DNA of 64,000 nt from Dehalococcoidia bacterium (GCA_965220375.1 OZ244824.1:200406-264405), one strand, 5' to 3'. Positions 1 to 9,867 are shown, numbered from the stretch's first letter. Numbers and translations are program-made. Notes: generated by a model not told the origin, from the sequence alone.

Positions 1-522
1 AGCCCCGTACAACCCCAGCGCACCTTCCCAACCCATGAGCTGGGCAAGGGGAGCAGCCGTGGATGTGGACAGGGCGATTCCCAAGCTCAGGGCCGCTACG
101 TTTAAGCTGGTGAGCACCAGCGCCTCGCCGGGCCGAAACCAGCCCATCACCAGCGGGCCTGTAGCCGGCATGATCAAGGCCATACCCAGGCCATAGACGA
201 TGCGAATTGCAAGGAGGCTGCCAAAATTGGGTACCAGGAATGACAGGGTGCACACGCCGACCATCAGCCAGCTGAGGGTGTATATCCTGCGCACCCCCAA
301 GCTTGGAGCCAGCATCCCGCCGGGCAGACTGAAAATCGCGAACAGCAGCAATGCAAGGGCAAGCAGAAGCCCACCCACGGAGCTGCTGATACCGTAGTCC
401 TCCACAATGAGGGGAAGGAGGGACGACACCGGCTGGAAATTCAGGCCAACAGAAAGGTGGGCCCAGAATGCAAGCCCACCTATAACGTAGCGATAATGAT
501 CGTCCCTGGGGTCTCTCGCCAT
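1..522 (-). CDS. MFS-type transporter, N-terminal part (3' end lies beyond window edge)
   Basis: The reverse strand is open from the ATG (complement of 520-522) to base 1, 174 codons with no stop. Translation MARDPRDDHYRYVIGGLAFWAHLSVGLNF... is rich in hydrophobic TM segments and has an MFS-like loop GGMLAPSLGVRR. It is absent from the ORF track because it is truncated. Confidence 0.6.
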   Translation of the reverse strand, partial: MARDPRDDHYRYVIGGLAFWAHLSVGLNFQPVSSLLPLIVEDYGISSSVGGLLLALALLLFAIFSLPGGMLAPSLGVRRIYTLSWLMVGVCTLSFLVPNFGSLLAIRIVYGLGMALIMPATGPLVMGWFRPGEALVLTSLNVAALSLGIALSTSTAAPLAQLMGWEGALGLYGA

Positions 523-686
523 AGTGTCCACCTACTTTATCCCAGGCGCCCACTGCCAACAACAGGGGGGGCGATTTTTTCCAAGGCCATCCGCAGTTGC
601 CCAGGATACTATCTACTGTTAACATTTCCTCGTAGAACACTGGAAGACAACCAAGGAGCATCAGGCAGCAGCTTGAAGGAGGATAC

Positions 687-1073
687 ATGGCGGTTTACGG
701 CTACGACCACATACATCTGAGAAGCCCCGATCCTGCAACCACCGCCCGGTTCTACAACACGATGTTCGATGCCCGGATTATCGAAACCCCTCAGCCCGAC
801 GGCAACACAAGGGTGGACCTGGACCTGAACGGCTTGACCATATTTATCGCGGGTGCGATGGCCCCCGGCGCCGAGCTACAAGGAGTGGATGGTCCCCATT
901 ACGGGTTGGACCACTTTGGCCTGAGGGTGGACGACCTGGATGCCGCCGTTTCAGATTTGAAGGCGAAGGGGGCGGAGCTGGAATCCGAGCCTCGAACCCT
1001 GCCCACCGGAGTCAAGATAGCCTTCGTCAAGGCCCCGGACGATGTGCGCATCGAACTTGTCCAGCGACAGTAG
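687..1073 (+). CDS. VOC family protein (glyoxalase/bleomycin-resistance/dioxygenase fold)
   Basis: 128 aa. The N-terminus YDHIHLRSPDPATTARFY and the later GLDHFGLRVDDLDAAV..LKAKG are typical paired beta-alpha-beta-beta-beta VOC modules. Confidence 0.75.
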   Translation: MAVYGYDHIHLRSPDPATTARFYNTMFDARIIETPQPDGNTRVDLDLNGLTIFIAGAMAPGAELQGVDGPHYGLDHFGLRVDDLDAAVSDLKAKGAELESEPRTLPTGVKIAFVKAPDDVRIELVQRQ

Positions 1074-1104
1074 TCCATAGGGTATAAATGGCGGTATACC
1101 AATC

Positions 1105-1135
1105 TTCAAGTAGCTTGACGTGCAAGCTACTTGAA
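1105..1135. other. Perfect 13-bp inverted repeat (TTCAAGTAGCTTG-ACGTG-CAAGCTACTTGAA) in an AT-rich intergenic region; terminator or operator
   Basis: Read directly. The arms are 1105-1117 and 1123-1135 with a 5-nt loop, about 30 nt after the VOC stop. No clean U-tract follows. Confidence 0.5.
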
Positions 1136-1275
1136 ATATAGGCAACCTGTTGTACAATTGTATGACCTGCCAAACCGTAGGAGCTAGATATCTGGCATTT
1201 GAAGGGTGAAAAGGGGCAGTTGGGCGGCAGAGGTGGCATACCCTAAAAGGCAAGGGGATTCCCCTTGGGATAGGT

Positions 1276-3063
1276 TTGGAGTTCTCTAAGATGTCCAGAA
1301 TCAAACGAGTCTTGCTTGCAATACCAGGGTCCGTAGGCGGCAACTTCGAGTACGTCGCCATACCCAGACAGGGTATGCTATTCATGTCGGCCGCCCTCAA
1401 GCAGTGGGAAGGACCTTATCTGTACGACACCGAGATCGTCTTCGAAGACCGGAGCGGACCTCTCGACCCGGCAGAGGACCTTCACGGCGTCGATATCCTG
1501 ATGATTACCTGCCTCATCAACGAGGCTCCCCGTGCTTACCACCTCGGCGCCCAGGCCAAGCTCCACCATCCCAACTTGATAACCATAGGCGGCGGACCGC
1601 AGATGAGTCCCCTTCCCCAGGAAGCGATGAAGGAAGGATGCTTCGACGTAATCGTCAATCGTGAAGGGGAAGATGTTATCGGCCCCCTTTGCGACGCCCT
1701 TCTGACATACACGGGTTACCAGCGAGAGCAGGCCCTTGCCAAGATACCTGGCATCTCCTACATGATGGATGACCAGGTGCATCAGACAGTCCGCAGGGGA
1801 GTCATAGAGCCTGACTTTGTGGAGCTGCCCGACTTCCGCGCCATTCGTGATCTGACACCTTCGAACCCCATGGCCGCCGGAGTACTCGAAACCGTCCGGG
1901 GCTGCACCGAGAAATGCACCTATTGCCAGGTGATTCAACAGTTCCTGGGCTACCGCCTTATCAAGCGGGAAACGGAGTTCAATCGCCTGCGGCAGCTCCA
2001 TGAGCTAGCCGCCGATGGCCTCATCCACACCTCCCGGGACGGTCGTTTCAGCGTGTTCATCTCCGACGATCTTCATCCGCCTCCCCTGAGAGCGGTGAAG
2101 TACCGTAATGAGCGCTTGGAGCGCCTGAAGTCCTGGAAAGGGCAGACGGATGGCATGTACATGATATGCCAGACCAGGGGTGAGATAGGCCAGGACCCGG
2201 AGCTGGCGGAAGCCCTTTACGAAGCCGGCATACGCATGCTCTACGTCGGCGTAGAATCGGACAACGCAGAGAACCTGAAGCTGGTCAAGAAGCGCCAAGA
2301 CCCAGGCCAGATGCACACAGACCTCGGCACCCTGAAGGACTTCGGCTTCTCTATAGTGGCAATGACCATCATCGGCCTGCCCTACGATACCGAAGAGAGC
2401 ATCATGAACATGGCTAGCTGGGTAACCCAGGTTAGCAAGTACCAGACTGCCAACCTGCTAACGCCCCTGCCCGCAACCTCCAACTGGGTTGACCTGGTGC
2501 CCCTGAATGCTGACGGCGAGGTGCTACAGCCGGGAGAGCAGAGGCCCTATCACCTCTATACAGGCAGGCAGTTCGTTTACCAGGACCCCCGCTGGACGAT
2601 GCAGGAGTCCCGGGAGCTTTTCGAGCGCTATCACTCTCAGCTGAATCCCGTTGACACGCTTTACGAGCGCATGTTCAAGATACTGCAGACTTCCCGGTTC
2701 AGGACCGGTTCCATGGGCAAAGACCTTGCCAGCAGCGCATCCGCCCGAATAAGCGAGTTCAGCGAAGCCCTGAAGACCCTCTCGGACTCCCCCAAGGAGC
2801 ATCCCGAGGCCCTTTCGGACCGCATGCACGAGGTGGCGGAAACCCTGAGCCGGTACAGGGACCAGCTGGTCGCCAGCGGCAGGGAGTTGCCTGAAGCCAT
2901 ATCCACTCACATCAAAGAAGCTTCCGATACCTTGGGCAGGTACCGGCAGCAGATCGCCGTCACCGGCAGGGAGCTGGGCGACAATATAGCAGGCCATATC
3001 AATGCCGTCAGCGAGGCAATGGCCCGGCTGTCCGATCTGTCCAAGAAGCAGGTCCAGGGCTGA
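1276..3063 (+). CDS. B12-binding-domain radical SAM protein with repeated C-terminal extension
   Basis: 595 aa. The N-terminal Rossmann-like B12-binding region (DILMITCLINEAP..ITIGGGPQ) is followed by the CxxxCxxC cluster motif in VRGCTEKCTYCQV. The last ~110 aa form two ~29-aa repeats (ETLSRYRDQLVASGRELPEAISTHIKEAS / DTLGRYRQQIAVTGRELGDNIAGHINAVS). The start could be the internal Met at 1291. Confidence 0.8.
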   Translation: MEFSKMSRIKRVLLAIPGSVGGNFEYVAIPRQGMLFMSAALKQWEGPYLYDTEIVFEDRSGPLDPAEDLHGVDILMITCLINEAPRAYHLGAQAKLHHPNLITIGGGPQMSPLPQEAMKEGCFDVIVNREGEDVIGPLCDALLTYTGYQREQALAKIPGISYMMDDQVHQTVRRGVIEPDFVELPDFRAIRDLTPSNPMAAGVLETVRGCTEKCTYCQVIQQFLGYRLIKRETEFNRLRQLHELAADGLIHTSRDGRFSVFISDDLHPPPLRAVKYRNERLERLKSWKGQTDGMYMICQTRGEIGQDPELAEALYEAGIRMLYVGVESDNAENLKLVKKRQDPGQMHTDLGTLKDFGFSIVAMTIIGLPYDTEESIMNMASWVTQVSKYQTANLLTPLPATSNWVDLVPLNADGEVLQPGEQRPYHLYTGRQFVYQDPRWTMQESRELFERYHSQLNPVDTLYERMFKILQTSRFRTGSMGKDLASSASARISEFSEALKTLSDSPKEHPEALSDRMHEVAETLSRYRDQLVASGRELPEAISTHIKEASDTLGRYRQQIAVTGRELGDNIAGHINAVSEAMARLSDLSKKQVQG

Positions 3064-3149
3064 AGAACAACCTGAGGACATCCCATGCTGTCTCACCGTA
3101 GGGCCGAAAGAAGAAGGGACGGCATGGTGGCGGCGGAGGTGTACCTGGG

Positions 3150-4394
3150 GTGAGCGGGCGTGTCTATGCTACCGGTGCAGGTGTTGTCAGCCCGGTAGGC
3201 CTCGATACCTCCTCTACGTGGGGATCCCTCGTCAACGGCATCTCCGGTATTGGACGGATCACATCCTTCGACCCCGAAGGGTACGATACTACCTTCGCCG
3301 CCGAAGTTGACGGGTTCGAGCCTGAAAGGTTCCTGGAGAAAAAGGAAATCCGGCGAATGGACAGGTTCGCCCAGATGGCAGCCGTCGCCTCCCTCGAAGC
3401 CCTTGAACAGGCCAGCCTCGATCCCCGTTCCATGGACTCCTTCAAGGTCGCAGTGATCGTCGGAAGCGGCATCGGCGGAATCATCACCCTATCCCAGCAG
3501 TACGATGTGCTTCAAGAAAAAGGCCCCCGGCGAGTCAGCCCATTCCTTATACCCATGATGCTGGGGGATATGGCATCCGCCCAGGTATCCATGTTGACCG
3601 GCGCGATGGGGGTCAACTTCTGCGTCGTGTCCTCCTGCTCCAGCGGCGCCGACGCCATCGGCCAAGCTTGGGAGATGATCCGGCGGAAGGAAGCAGACAT
3701 CGTAATCGCAGGGGGAAGTGAAGCACCCATTTGTCCCATTGCTGTTGCCGGTTTCGGCAACATGAGGGCCCTTTCCAGGTACAACGAAGACCCACCCAGG
3801 GCAAGCCGACCATTCGATGCCCAGCGGGACGGCTTTGTCATCGGTGAAGGCGCGGCCCTGTTGGTGTTGGAGAGCGAGGAAAGCGTTGCCCTCAGGGGAT
3901 CCGAACCCCTGGTAGAGTTGATGGGCTACGGCGCCACCTCCGACGCTCACCACCTTACCGAACCCTCCCCTGATGGCAGCGGGGCAGCCAATGCCATGAA
4001 GGCTGCGATGAAGCGGGCGAACATAGGGGCCGACGACCTGGACTACATCAATGCTCATGGCACTTCAACGCCCCTGAACGACCGACAGGAAACCAAGGCG
4101 ATCAGGTCCGCCCTGGGGGAGTACGCTTACCGGGTGCCAATAAGCTCCACCAAGTCGATGACCGGCCACTTGCTGGGAGCTGGGGGTGCCCTGGAAGCGA
4201 TCGTATGCATGATGGCGATACGCGATGGCCTGATTCCGCCTACCATCAACCTGGAGCACCCCGACGAAGAGTGCGACCTGGACTACACCCGGTTTGAGGC
4301 GAGAAAAGCGCCGGTCAGCATCGCTATGAGCAACTCCTTCGGCTTCGGTGGTCACAACTCGGTTCTCATATTCGGGTCGCCAGCTCCTCGATAG
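3150..4394 (+). CDS. fabF: beta-ketoacyl-ACP synthase II
   Basis: 414 aa. It carries the active-site Cys context VVSSCSSGADAIG, His motifs in NAHGTSTPLND and MTGHLLGAGGA, and the C-terminal NSFGFGGHN. Confidence 0.9.
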   Translation: MSGRVYATGAGVVSPVGLDTSSTWGSLVNGISGIGRITSFDPEGYDTTFAAEVDGFEPERFLEKKEIRRMDRFAQMAAVASLEALEQASLDPRSMDSFKVAVIVGSGIGGIITLSQQYDVLQEKGPRRVSPFLIPMMLGDMASAQVSMLTGAMGVNFCVVSSCSSGADAIGQAWEMIRRKEADIVIAGGSEAPICPIAVAGFGNMRALSRYNEDPPRASRPFDAQRDGFVIGEGAALLVLESEESVALRGSEPLVELMGYGATSDAHHLTEPSPDGSGAANAMKAAMKRANIGADDLDYINAHGTSTPLNDRQETKAIRSALGEYAYRVPISSTKSMTGHLLGAGGALEAIVCMMAIRDGLIPPTINLEHPDEECDLDYTRFEARKAPVSIAMSNSFGFGGHNSVLIFGSPAPR

Positions 4395-4432
4395 CCCCTA
4401 AAAAAAACGGGACCCTTACCTCTGAAGGATGT

Positions 4433-6139
4433 ATGTCAAGCACTACCGCTTCTGGCAAGGTATGGAAGCTTCACCCAAAGGCTCCGGTCCTGGACATGGG
4501 GCGGTCGGACATTCCCCCGGTCATATGCCAGGTGCTCCACAATCGGGGGATAATCACACCTGCCGGCCTGAAGGCATTCCTGGAACCGGCACGGTACTTC
4601 CCTTCGGACCCTTTTGATCTTCCCGGCATCTCTCCGGCAGTGGAACGAGTTATGGCGGCCCGCAAGCGCGGGGAGAGCGTGGGCATATTTGGGGACTTCG
4701 ATGTCGATGGAGTTACGGGCACAGCAATAGCTGCGGAAGGGCTTGAGGGACTGGGTCTGAAGGTCTTGCCCTTCATTCCCGACCGGGTTGCCGAGGGACA
4801 TGGGCTGAATACAGATGCCCTGTACGCATTGAGGAACATGGGCATCTCGCTTCTGGTCACCGTGGATTGCGGCGTCACTTCCACCAAAGAGGTCGCCTTC
4901 GCCCAAGACATGGGGATGGACGTGATAATAACCGACCACCACAACCCATCGGAGTCCTTGGAATGGCCCCCTGCCGTGGCCACCATCGACCCCAAGCTGC
5001 CTGGCTGCCCTGAACCCTTCTCGGACCTTTCCGGCGGTGGCTTGGCCCTCAAGCTGGTCCAAGGCGCCTACAGCGCCTTGGACATGGATTGGCCTCATTC
5101 CCTCTACGAGCTGGCGGCCTTGAGCACCGTCGCCGATCTTGTGCCCCTGCTCGGCGAGAACCGCTACCTTGTGCAGCAGGGGGTTTCCTGCCTGCAGGCT
5201 ACAATGAGGCCGGGGCTGCAGGCCTTGTACCGGAGGGCTGGAATCAGACCCGCCTCCATCTCTGCAGAGACCATAGGTTTCTCCATCGCCCCGCGCCTCA
5301 ATGCCGCCGGCAGGCTCCAACATGCCTCGTCTAGCTATAAGCTGCTGACCACCCACTCCTCCGAGGAAGCATTGACCCTCGCCGACCACCTGGAGCAGCT
5401 GAACCGGGAGCGCCAAAGACAGACGGCGGAGGCGTGGAGCAAGGCTCGTGCCCAGATAATGGAGGAGGACACGCTTCCCCCGATAATAATTGTAACGGAC
5501 GACGACATGTCGCCCGGGATCGCCGGGCTTGTCGCCGGCAGGTTGGTGGACAGGTTCCACCGTCCTTCTCTGGTCTTCTCGAAAATAGACGGGATACTCC
5601 GAGGAAGCGCTCGGAGCATCGCGGGATTCAATCTTGCGGAGGCCTTCGCCGGCTGTGGAGACTTGCTTCTCAAGCATGGAGGACACAGCATGGCCGCCGG
5701 CCTGGAAGTTTCGTCCGAAAACCTGCAACCCTTGAGAGACCAGCTCCAGCAGGCAGCAAAGAATGCGCTGCAATCTCAAGAGCTGGCGCCCAGCCTGGAC
5801 ATTGATGCAGAGACTTCCGTATTTGGGTTGGTCGGCGAACCGTACAGGTGGTTGGAGGCCCTGGGCCCCTTCGGCCCCTCCAACCGGGCGCCCGTATTCC
5901 TCTCCCGCAACCTGCAACCCGTTCATGTGCGCACGATGGGAGACCGGCAGCAGCACCTGAGGCTCCGACTCAGAGAGGATGGAGTCATGTGGGATGCAAT
6001 GGCCTTTGAGCAGGCCGAGCGTTGGCCGAATGGCGTGGAGCGCATTGACGCGGCCTACACTCTCAACACCGAGCAACGCGGCGACACCAAGGTGGTGTCC
6101 CTGAAGCTCCTGGACTTCCGACCATCGGAACGGCCTTGA
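4433..6139 (+). CDS. recJ: single-stranded-DNA-specific exonuclease RecJ
   Basis: 568 aa. DHH-family motifs are present: GDFDVDGVTG, LLVTVDCG, IITDHH and the DHHA1-like GGHSMAAG. Confidence 0.9.
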   Translation: MSSTTASGKVWKLHPKAPVLDMGRSDIPPVICQVLHNRGIITPAGLKAFLEPARYFPSDPFDLPGISPAVERVMAARKRGESVGIFGDFDVDGVTGTAIAAEGLEGLGLKVLPFIPDRVAEGHGLNTDALYALRNMGISLLVTVDCGVTSTKEVAFAQDMGMDVIITDHHNPSESLEWPPAVATIDPKLPGCPEPFSDLSGGGLALKLVQGAYSALDMDWPHSLYELAALSTVADLVPLLGENRYLVQQGVSCLQATMRPGLQALYRRAGIRPASISAETIGFSIAPRLNAAGRLQHASSSYKLLTTHSSEEALTLADHLEQLNRERQRQTAEAWSKARAQIMEEDTLPPIIIVTDDDMSPGIAGLVAGRLVDRFHRPSLVFSKIDGILRGSARSIAGFNLAEAFAGCGDLLLKHGGHSMAAGLEVSSENLQPLRDQLQQAAKNALQSQELAPSLDIDAETSVFGLVGEPYRWLEALGPFGPSNRAPVFLSRNLQPVHVRTMGDRQQHLRLRLREDGVMWDAMAFEQAERWPNGVERIDAAYTLNTEQRGDTKVVSLKLLDFRPSERP

Positions 6140-6197
6140 GCGGAGCGGCCACGCATAACCCAAGGTATTCTAGGGAAAGAGGAAGCCGGGGTAGAGG

Positions 6198-6884
6198 ATG
6201 AAGCTGGACGAACTGCATTCCTGGGACATCTCCATCGCACAAGCCAAAGAGCTTCAAAGGGAGCTGGCCGGTAGTGTGTCAACGGTATCGGCGGTTCCTT
6301 CCCGCGTGGGCTACCTGGCCGGCCTGGATATTTCCCCGGCTGATGAAAATGGCCTCGTTAGGGGCGCAGTTATCGTGCTGGAGTACCCCTCCCTGGAGGT
6401 GGTGGAGGTAAAGACCGCGGAGGGTGAACCTCCGTTTCCATACATCCCCGGCCTGCTCTCCTTTCGGGAAGCTCCGGTGCTTGTTGATGCTCTGGGTCAG
6501 TTGGAGACCAATCCAGACATCATATACACTGATGGGCAGGGAATAGCCCATCCCCGGCGCTTCGGGCTTGCTTGCCACATCGGCCTGTTGACCCGGACCC
6601 CCACCATCGGCTGCGCCAAGTCCATCCTGGTTGGGACCCACGGCGAGCTGCCCTTGGGGGCGGGCGCCCACAGCCCGCTGGAGCACAAGGGCGAAGTCGT
6701 AGGAGCAGCGGTACGCACCAGGGACAAGGTCAAGCCAATGTACATCTCTCCCGGGCATTTAATAGATATCGAGACTTCGATAAAATGGGTGCTGGCCTGC
6801 TGTAGAGGCAGGAGGATGCCGGAGCCTACCCGCAGGGCCCATGAAGCCGCCGGGAGGATACCCACTAGTCCGGTACGAAGTTAA
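6198..6884 (+). CDS. nfi: endonuclease V
   Basis: 228 aa. YLAGLDIS, YIPGLLSFREAP and YTDGQGIAHPRRFGLACHIGLL match the endonuclease V signature regions. Confidence 0.9.
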   Translation: MKLDELHSWDISIAQAKELQRELAGSVSTVSAVPSRVGYLAGLDISPADENGLVRGAVIVLEYPSLEVVEVKTAEGEPPFPYIPGLLSFREAPVLVDALGQLETNPDIIYTDGQGIAHPRRFGLACHIGLLTRTPTIGCAKSILVGTHGELPLGAGAHSPLEHKGEVVGAAVRTRDKVKPMYISPGHLIDIETSIKWVLACCRGRRMPEPTRRAHEAAGRIPTSPVRS

Positions 6885-6898
6885 CAAAGGTGTTTCAA

Positions 6899-8000
6899 AT
6901 GCAGGAACAGCGACACAACATCATAGAGCTAGTCGAGAGCATTGACTTGGTGCTTATGCGTCTTTGACGTGCCAGGCAAAGAGAACGAAGCTGCCCACTT
7001 GGAAGAGCTGGCGGGTGAACCCCAGTTCTGGGAAGACCCCAAGGATGCCCAGCAGAAGATGCAGCAGCTATCCAAGCTGAAGGAGCAGACCGCTTTCTGG
7101 CGAGACCTGGAATCCAGAACTTCAGCTTTATTGGAGCTTGTGAACCTCGCCCTGGAAGAGAGCGACTACTCCCTGGAGGAGCAGTTGGCAGCGGAGCTCC
7201 AGGATATCCGACGTATTTTCGCTGAGAAGGAGTTTGAGCTTACCCTCTCGGGCCCCTACGACAGCAGGTCAGCCATACTTTCGGTGCATGCCGGCGCAGG
7301 AGGCACGGAGTCCCAGGACTGGGCCGAAATGCTCCTCAGGATGTATCTTCGCTGGGCCGAAGGGAGACGCTTTGATACCCAGCTGCTGGATGTGTCCCAA
7401 GGGGACGAAGCGGGACTGAAGAGCGCCACGGCAGAGATTACCGGTGAGCACGCCTACGGCTACTTGAAGGCCGAGCGGGGAGTGCACCGCCTCGTGAGGC
7501 TCTCGCCCTTCGACGGCAACCACTCCAGGCATACCTCCTTCGCCTTGATCGAGGTGCTGCCAGCCGCCGAGGAAGACCCGGAGGTCAACGTAAGACCTGA
7601 AGAGCTGAAAGTGGAGTTCTATCGCTCCAGCGGACCCGGAGGGCAGAACGTCCAGAAGGTCGCCTCCGCGGTGCGGATCACCCACTTGAGCACGGGCATC
7701 GTGGTAACCTGCCAAAACGAGCGCTCCCAGCACCAGAACCGGGAATTTGCCATGAAAATCCTTCTAGCCCGCTTGCTGGAGCGCCAAATTGAGGAGAAGG
7801 CCCAGGAGGTGGCGAAGTTAAAGGGGAAGCACGTCTCGGCAGAGTGGGGGAATCAGATCAGGAGCTACGTACTTCACCCCTACCAGATGGTCAAAGACCA
7901 CAGGACAGGGTATCAGACAAGCAGCACCCAGGATATCCTCGATGGTCACCTGGATGAGTTCCTAAATGCCTACCTTGCTTCGACGGTGGGAAGCCAGTAG
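6899..8000 (+). CDS. prfB: peptide chain release factor 2, requires programmed +1 frameshift at CTT TGA C (6962-6968)
   Basis: The frame-0 ATG at 6899 gives MQEQRHNIIELVESIDLVLMRL, then an in-frame TGA at 6965-6967. The +1 frame continues DVPGKENEAAHLEE... to 8000. RF2 hallmarks SPF (RLSPFD) and GGQ (GPGGQNVQK) are present. Confidence 0.9.
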
Positions 8001-8003
8001 AAG

Positions 8004-9221
8004 CTAGCAGGACCAGAGGATATGGCCCATGCGAGTCTTCTTGGTCCTGAGGTAGTCCCGGTTCTCCTCGTTGGCGCTGGTCTCGATGGGCACCCTTTCC
8101 ACGATCTCCAACCCATAACCTGAAAGGCCGACCAGTTTCCTGGGGTTGTTGGTCAATAGACGCATCTTCCTCACCCCAAGGGACCCTAGTATCTGGGCGC
8201 CAATGCCGTAGTGGCGCATGTCCGACTCGAACCCCAGGGACTCGTTGGCATCGACGGTATCCATGCCGTGGTCCTGCAGGGAATAGGCCTTAATCTTGTT
8301 GTGGAGACCGATGCCCCGTCCCTCTTGGGGCATGTAGAGGAACACTCCCTTGCCTTCCCTGGCGATTGCATCCATGGCCCCTTGCATCTGCTCGCCGCAG
8401 TCGCAGCGCAGGCTATCGAAAACATCACCTGTCAAACACTCGCTGTGCACCCTCACCAGGACAGACTCATCCTCATCCCATTCGCCCATGACCAAGGCCA
8501 GGTGCTCTCCGGGGTCCACTCTGCTCTTGAAAGCCATGATCTGAAACTCACCTTTGCTGGTGGGCAGCCTGGCCTCCGCAACTCTTTCGACCAGCTTCTC
8601 GTGCCGCCGGCGGTAGGCGATGATCTGGGCTATGCTGATCATCTTGATGTTCTGTTCCTCGGAGAACTTCTCCAAGTCATTCATCCGGGCCATGGTACCG
8701 TCGGGATTGATGATTTCGCAGACAACGCCGGCGGGATACAGCCCGGCCATCTTTGTCAAGTCCACCACCGCCTCGGTGTGACCGGCACGCACCAGCACAC
8801 CACCCTGCTCATACCTCAGGGGGAAAATATGGCCTGGCCGGGCAAAGTCCTCGGACTTGGCTTCAGGGTCGGTAATCGCAACGATGGTTGCAGACCGGTC
8901 GGAGGCCGAGATCCCGGTGGTCGTCCCACCCTTCAGGTAATCGACGGAGACAGTGAAGGCCGTCCCATACTTTGCCGAATTGTCCCCATTTACCATCAAC
9001 GGCATGTCCAGGGCGTCCAAACGTTCGCCGATAACGGGCATGCAGAGGAGACCCCGGGCGGTGGTGATCATGAGGTTCACCGCTTCGGGGGTTACCTTTT
9101 CGGCGGCCATAACGAGGTCGCCCTCGTTTTCCCGTTTCTCATCATCTACAATGATGAGAAACTTGCCTTGCCTGATCTCTTCTATGCTTTCTTCTACACT
9201 TGCCAGCGGCATGTCGCACAC
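8004..9221 (-). CDS. ribBA: bifunctional 3,4-dihydroxy-2-butanone-4-phosphate synthase / GTP cyclohydrolase II
   Basis: 405 aa. The N-terminal DHBP synthase region (DDEKRENEGDLVMAAE, TAFTVSVD) is followed by a GCH-II region (VRVHSECLTGDVFDSLRCDCG, GRGIGL). The start may be the Met 3 codons downstream. Confidence 0.92.
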   Translation of the reverse strand: MCDMPLASVEESIEEIRQGKFLIIVDDEKRENEGDLVMAAEKVTPEAVNLMITTARGLLCMPVIGERLDALDMPLMVNGDNSAKYGTAFTVSVDYLKGGTTTGISASDRSATIVAITDPEAKSEDFARPGHIFPLRYEQGGVLVRAGHTEAVVDLTKMAGLYPAGVVCEIINPDGTMARMNDLEKFSEEQNIKMISIAQIIAYRRRHEKLVERVAEARLPTSKGEFQIMAFKSRVDPGEHLALVMGEWDEDESVLVRVHSECLTGDVFDSLRCDCGEQMQGAMDAIAREGKGVFLYMPQEGRGIGLHNKIKAYSLQDHGMDTVDANESLGFESDMRHYGIGAQILGSLGVRKMRLLTNNPRKLVGLSGYGLEIVERVPIETSANEENRDYLRTKKTRMGHILWSC

Positions 9222-9243
9222 CCCCAGGAAAGGTTACTTGTCT

Positions 9244-9846
9244 CTAAGACCTGGCATCCAGGAGGCTTTCGATATATTTCGCTACCACATCGACCTCCAA
9301 GTTGACCATATCTCCCAGCTGCCTCTCCTTGAAGATGGTGTTTTCCAGCGTATATGGTATCACGGAGATGGTGAATGAGGTAGTGCCTTTCCCAACCACG
9401 GTCAAGCTTGCCCCATCCACGGCAATGAAACCCTTCGCCACGATGTAGGGCATCAGCCTCTCGGGGGCTTCGAAGCCCATGATTACGGAATCGCCCTCCT
9501 CCACCATGGACGTCAGGGACCCTGTTCCATCCACGTGCCCTTGCACTATGTGGCCGCCCAGACGCCCCGAAGCTGCCAACGGACGCTCCAGGTTGACGGG
9601 CATCCCCTGGGTCAGGCGTCCCAGGTTGGTACGGCGCAGGGTTTCCGGGGCCAGCTCGACGCTGAAGCCGCCCTCGTCAATCGAGACCACCGTCAGGCAG
9701 GTGCCATTGATGGCAATGCTGCCTCCCAGTTTCAGATCAGCAAGGGCGGCTTCGGCCTCCACCGTCAGCGTCGATATGTTCCGCGGAGCTTGGGGGGCTT
9801 CCATCGATTCGACTCGGCCAACTTCTTCTACGATTCCGGTAAACAT
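9244..9846 (-). CDS. ribE: riboflavin synthase (alpha chain)
   Basis: 200 aa. It begins MFTGIVEEVG and has the internally duplicated lumazine-binding repeats (GGSIAINGTCLTV / KGFIAVDGASLTV). Confidence 0.9.
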   Translation of the reverse strand: MFTGIVEEVGRVESMEAPQAPRNISTLTVEAEAALADLKLGGSIAINGTCLTVVSIDEGGFSVELAPETLRRTNLGRLTQGMPVNLERPLAASGRLGGHIVQGHVDGTGSLTSMVEEGDSVIMGFEAPERLMPYIVAKGFIAVDGASLTVVGKGTTSFTISVIPYTLENTIFKERQLGDMVNLEVDVVAKYIESLLDARS

Positions 9847-9867
9847 CTTTTGCCCTTATAGGTCCCC

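Noticed and set aside
4436-6163. Long antisense ORFs opposite real genes: 575 aa opposite recJ, 8211-9305 opposite ribBA, 9935-10957 opposite ribD, 17355-18500 opposite the IS110 transposase, 35923-36960 opposite purA, and 53977-55611 opposite valS.
   Set aside because: These are typical stop-poor shadow frames of GC-rich DNA. Their translations are Arg/Gly/Pro/His-rich with no motifs, while the opposite strand encodes unmistakable conserved proteins.
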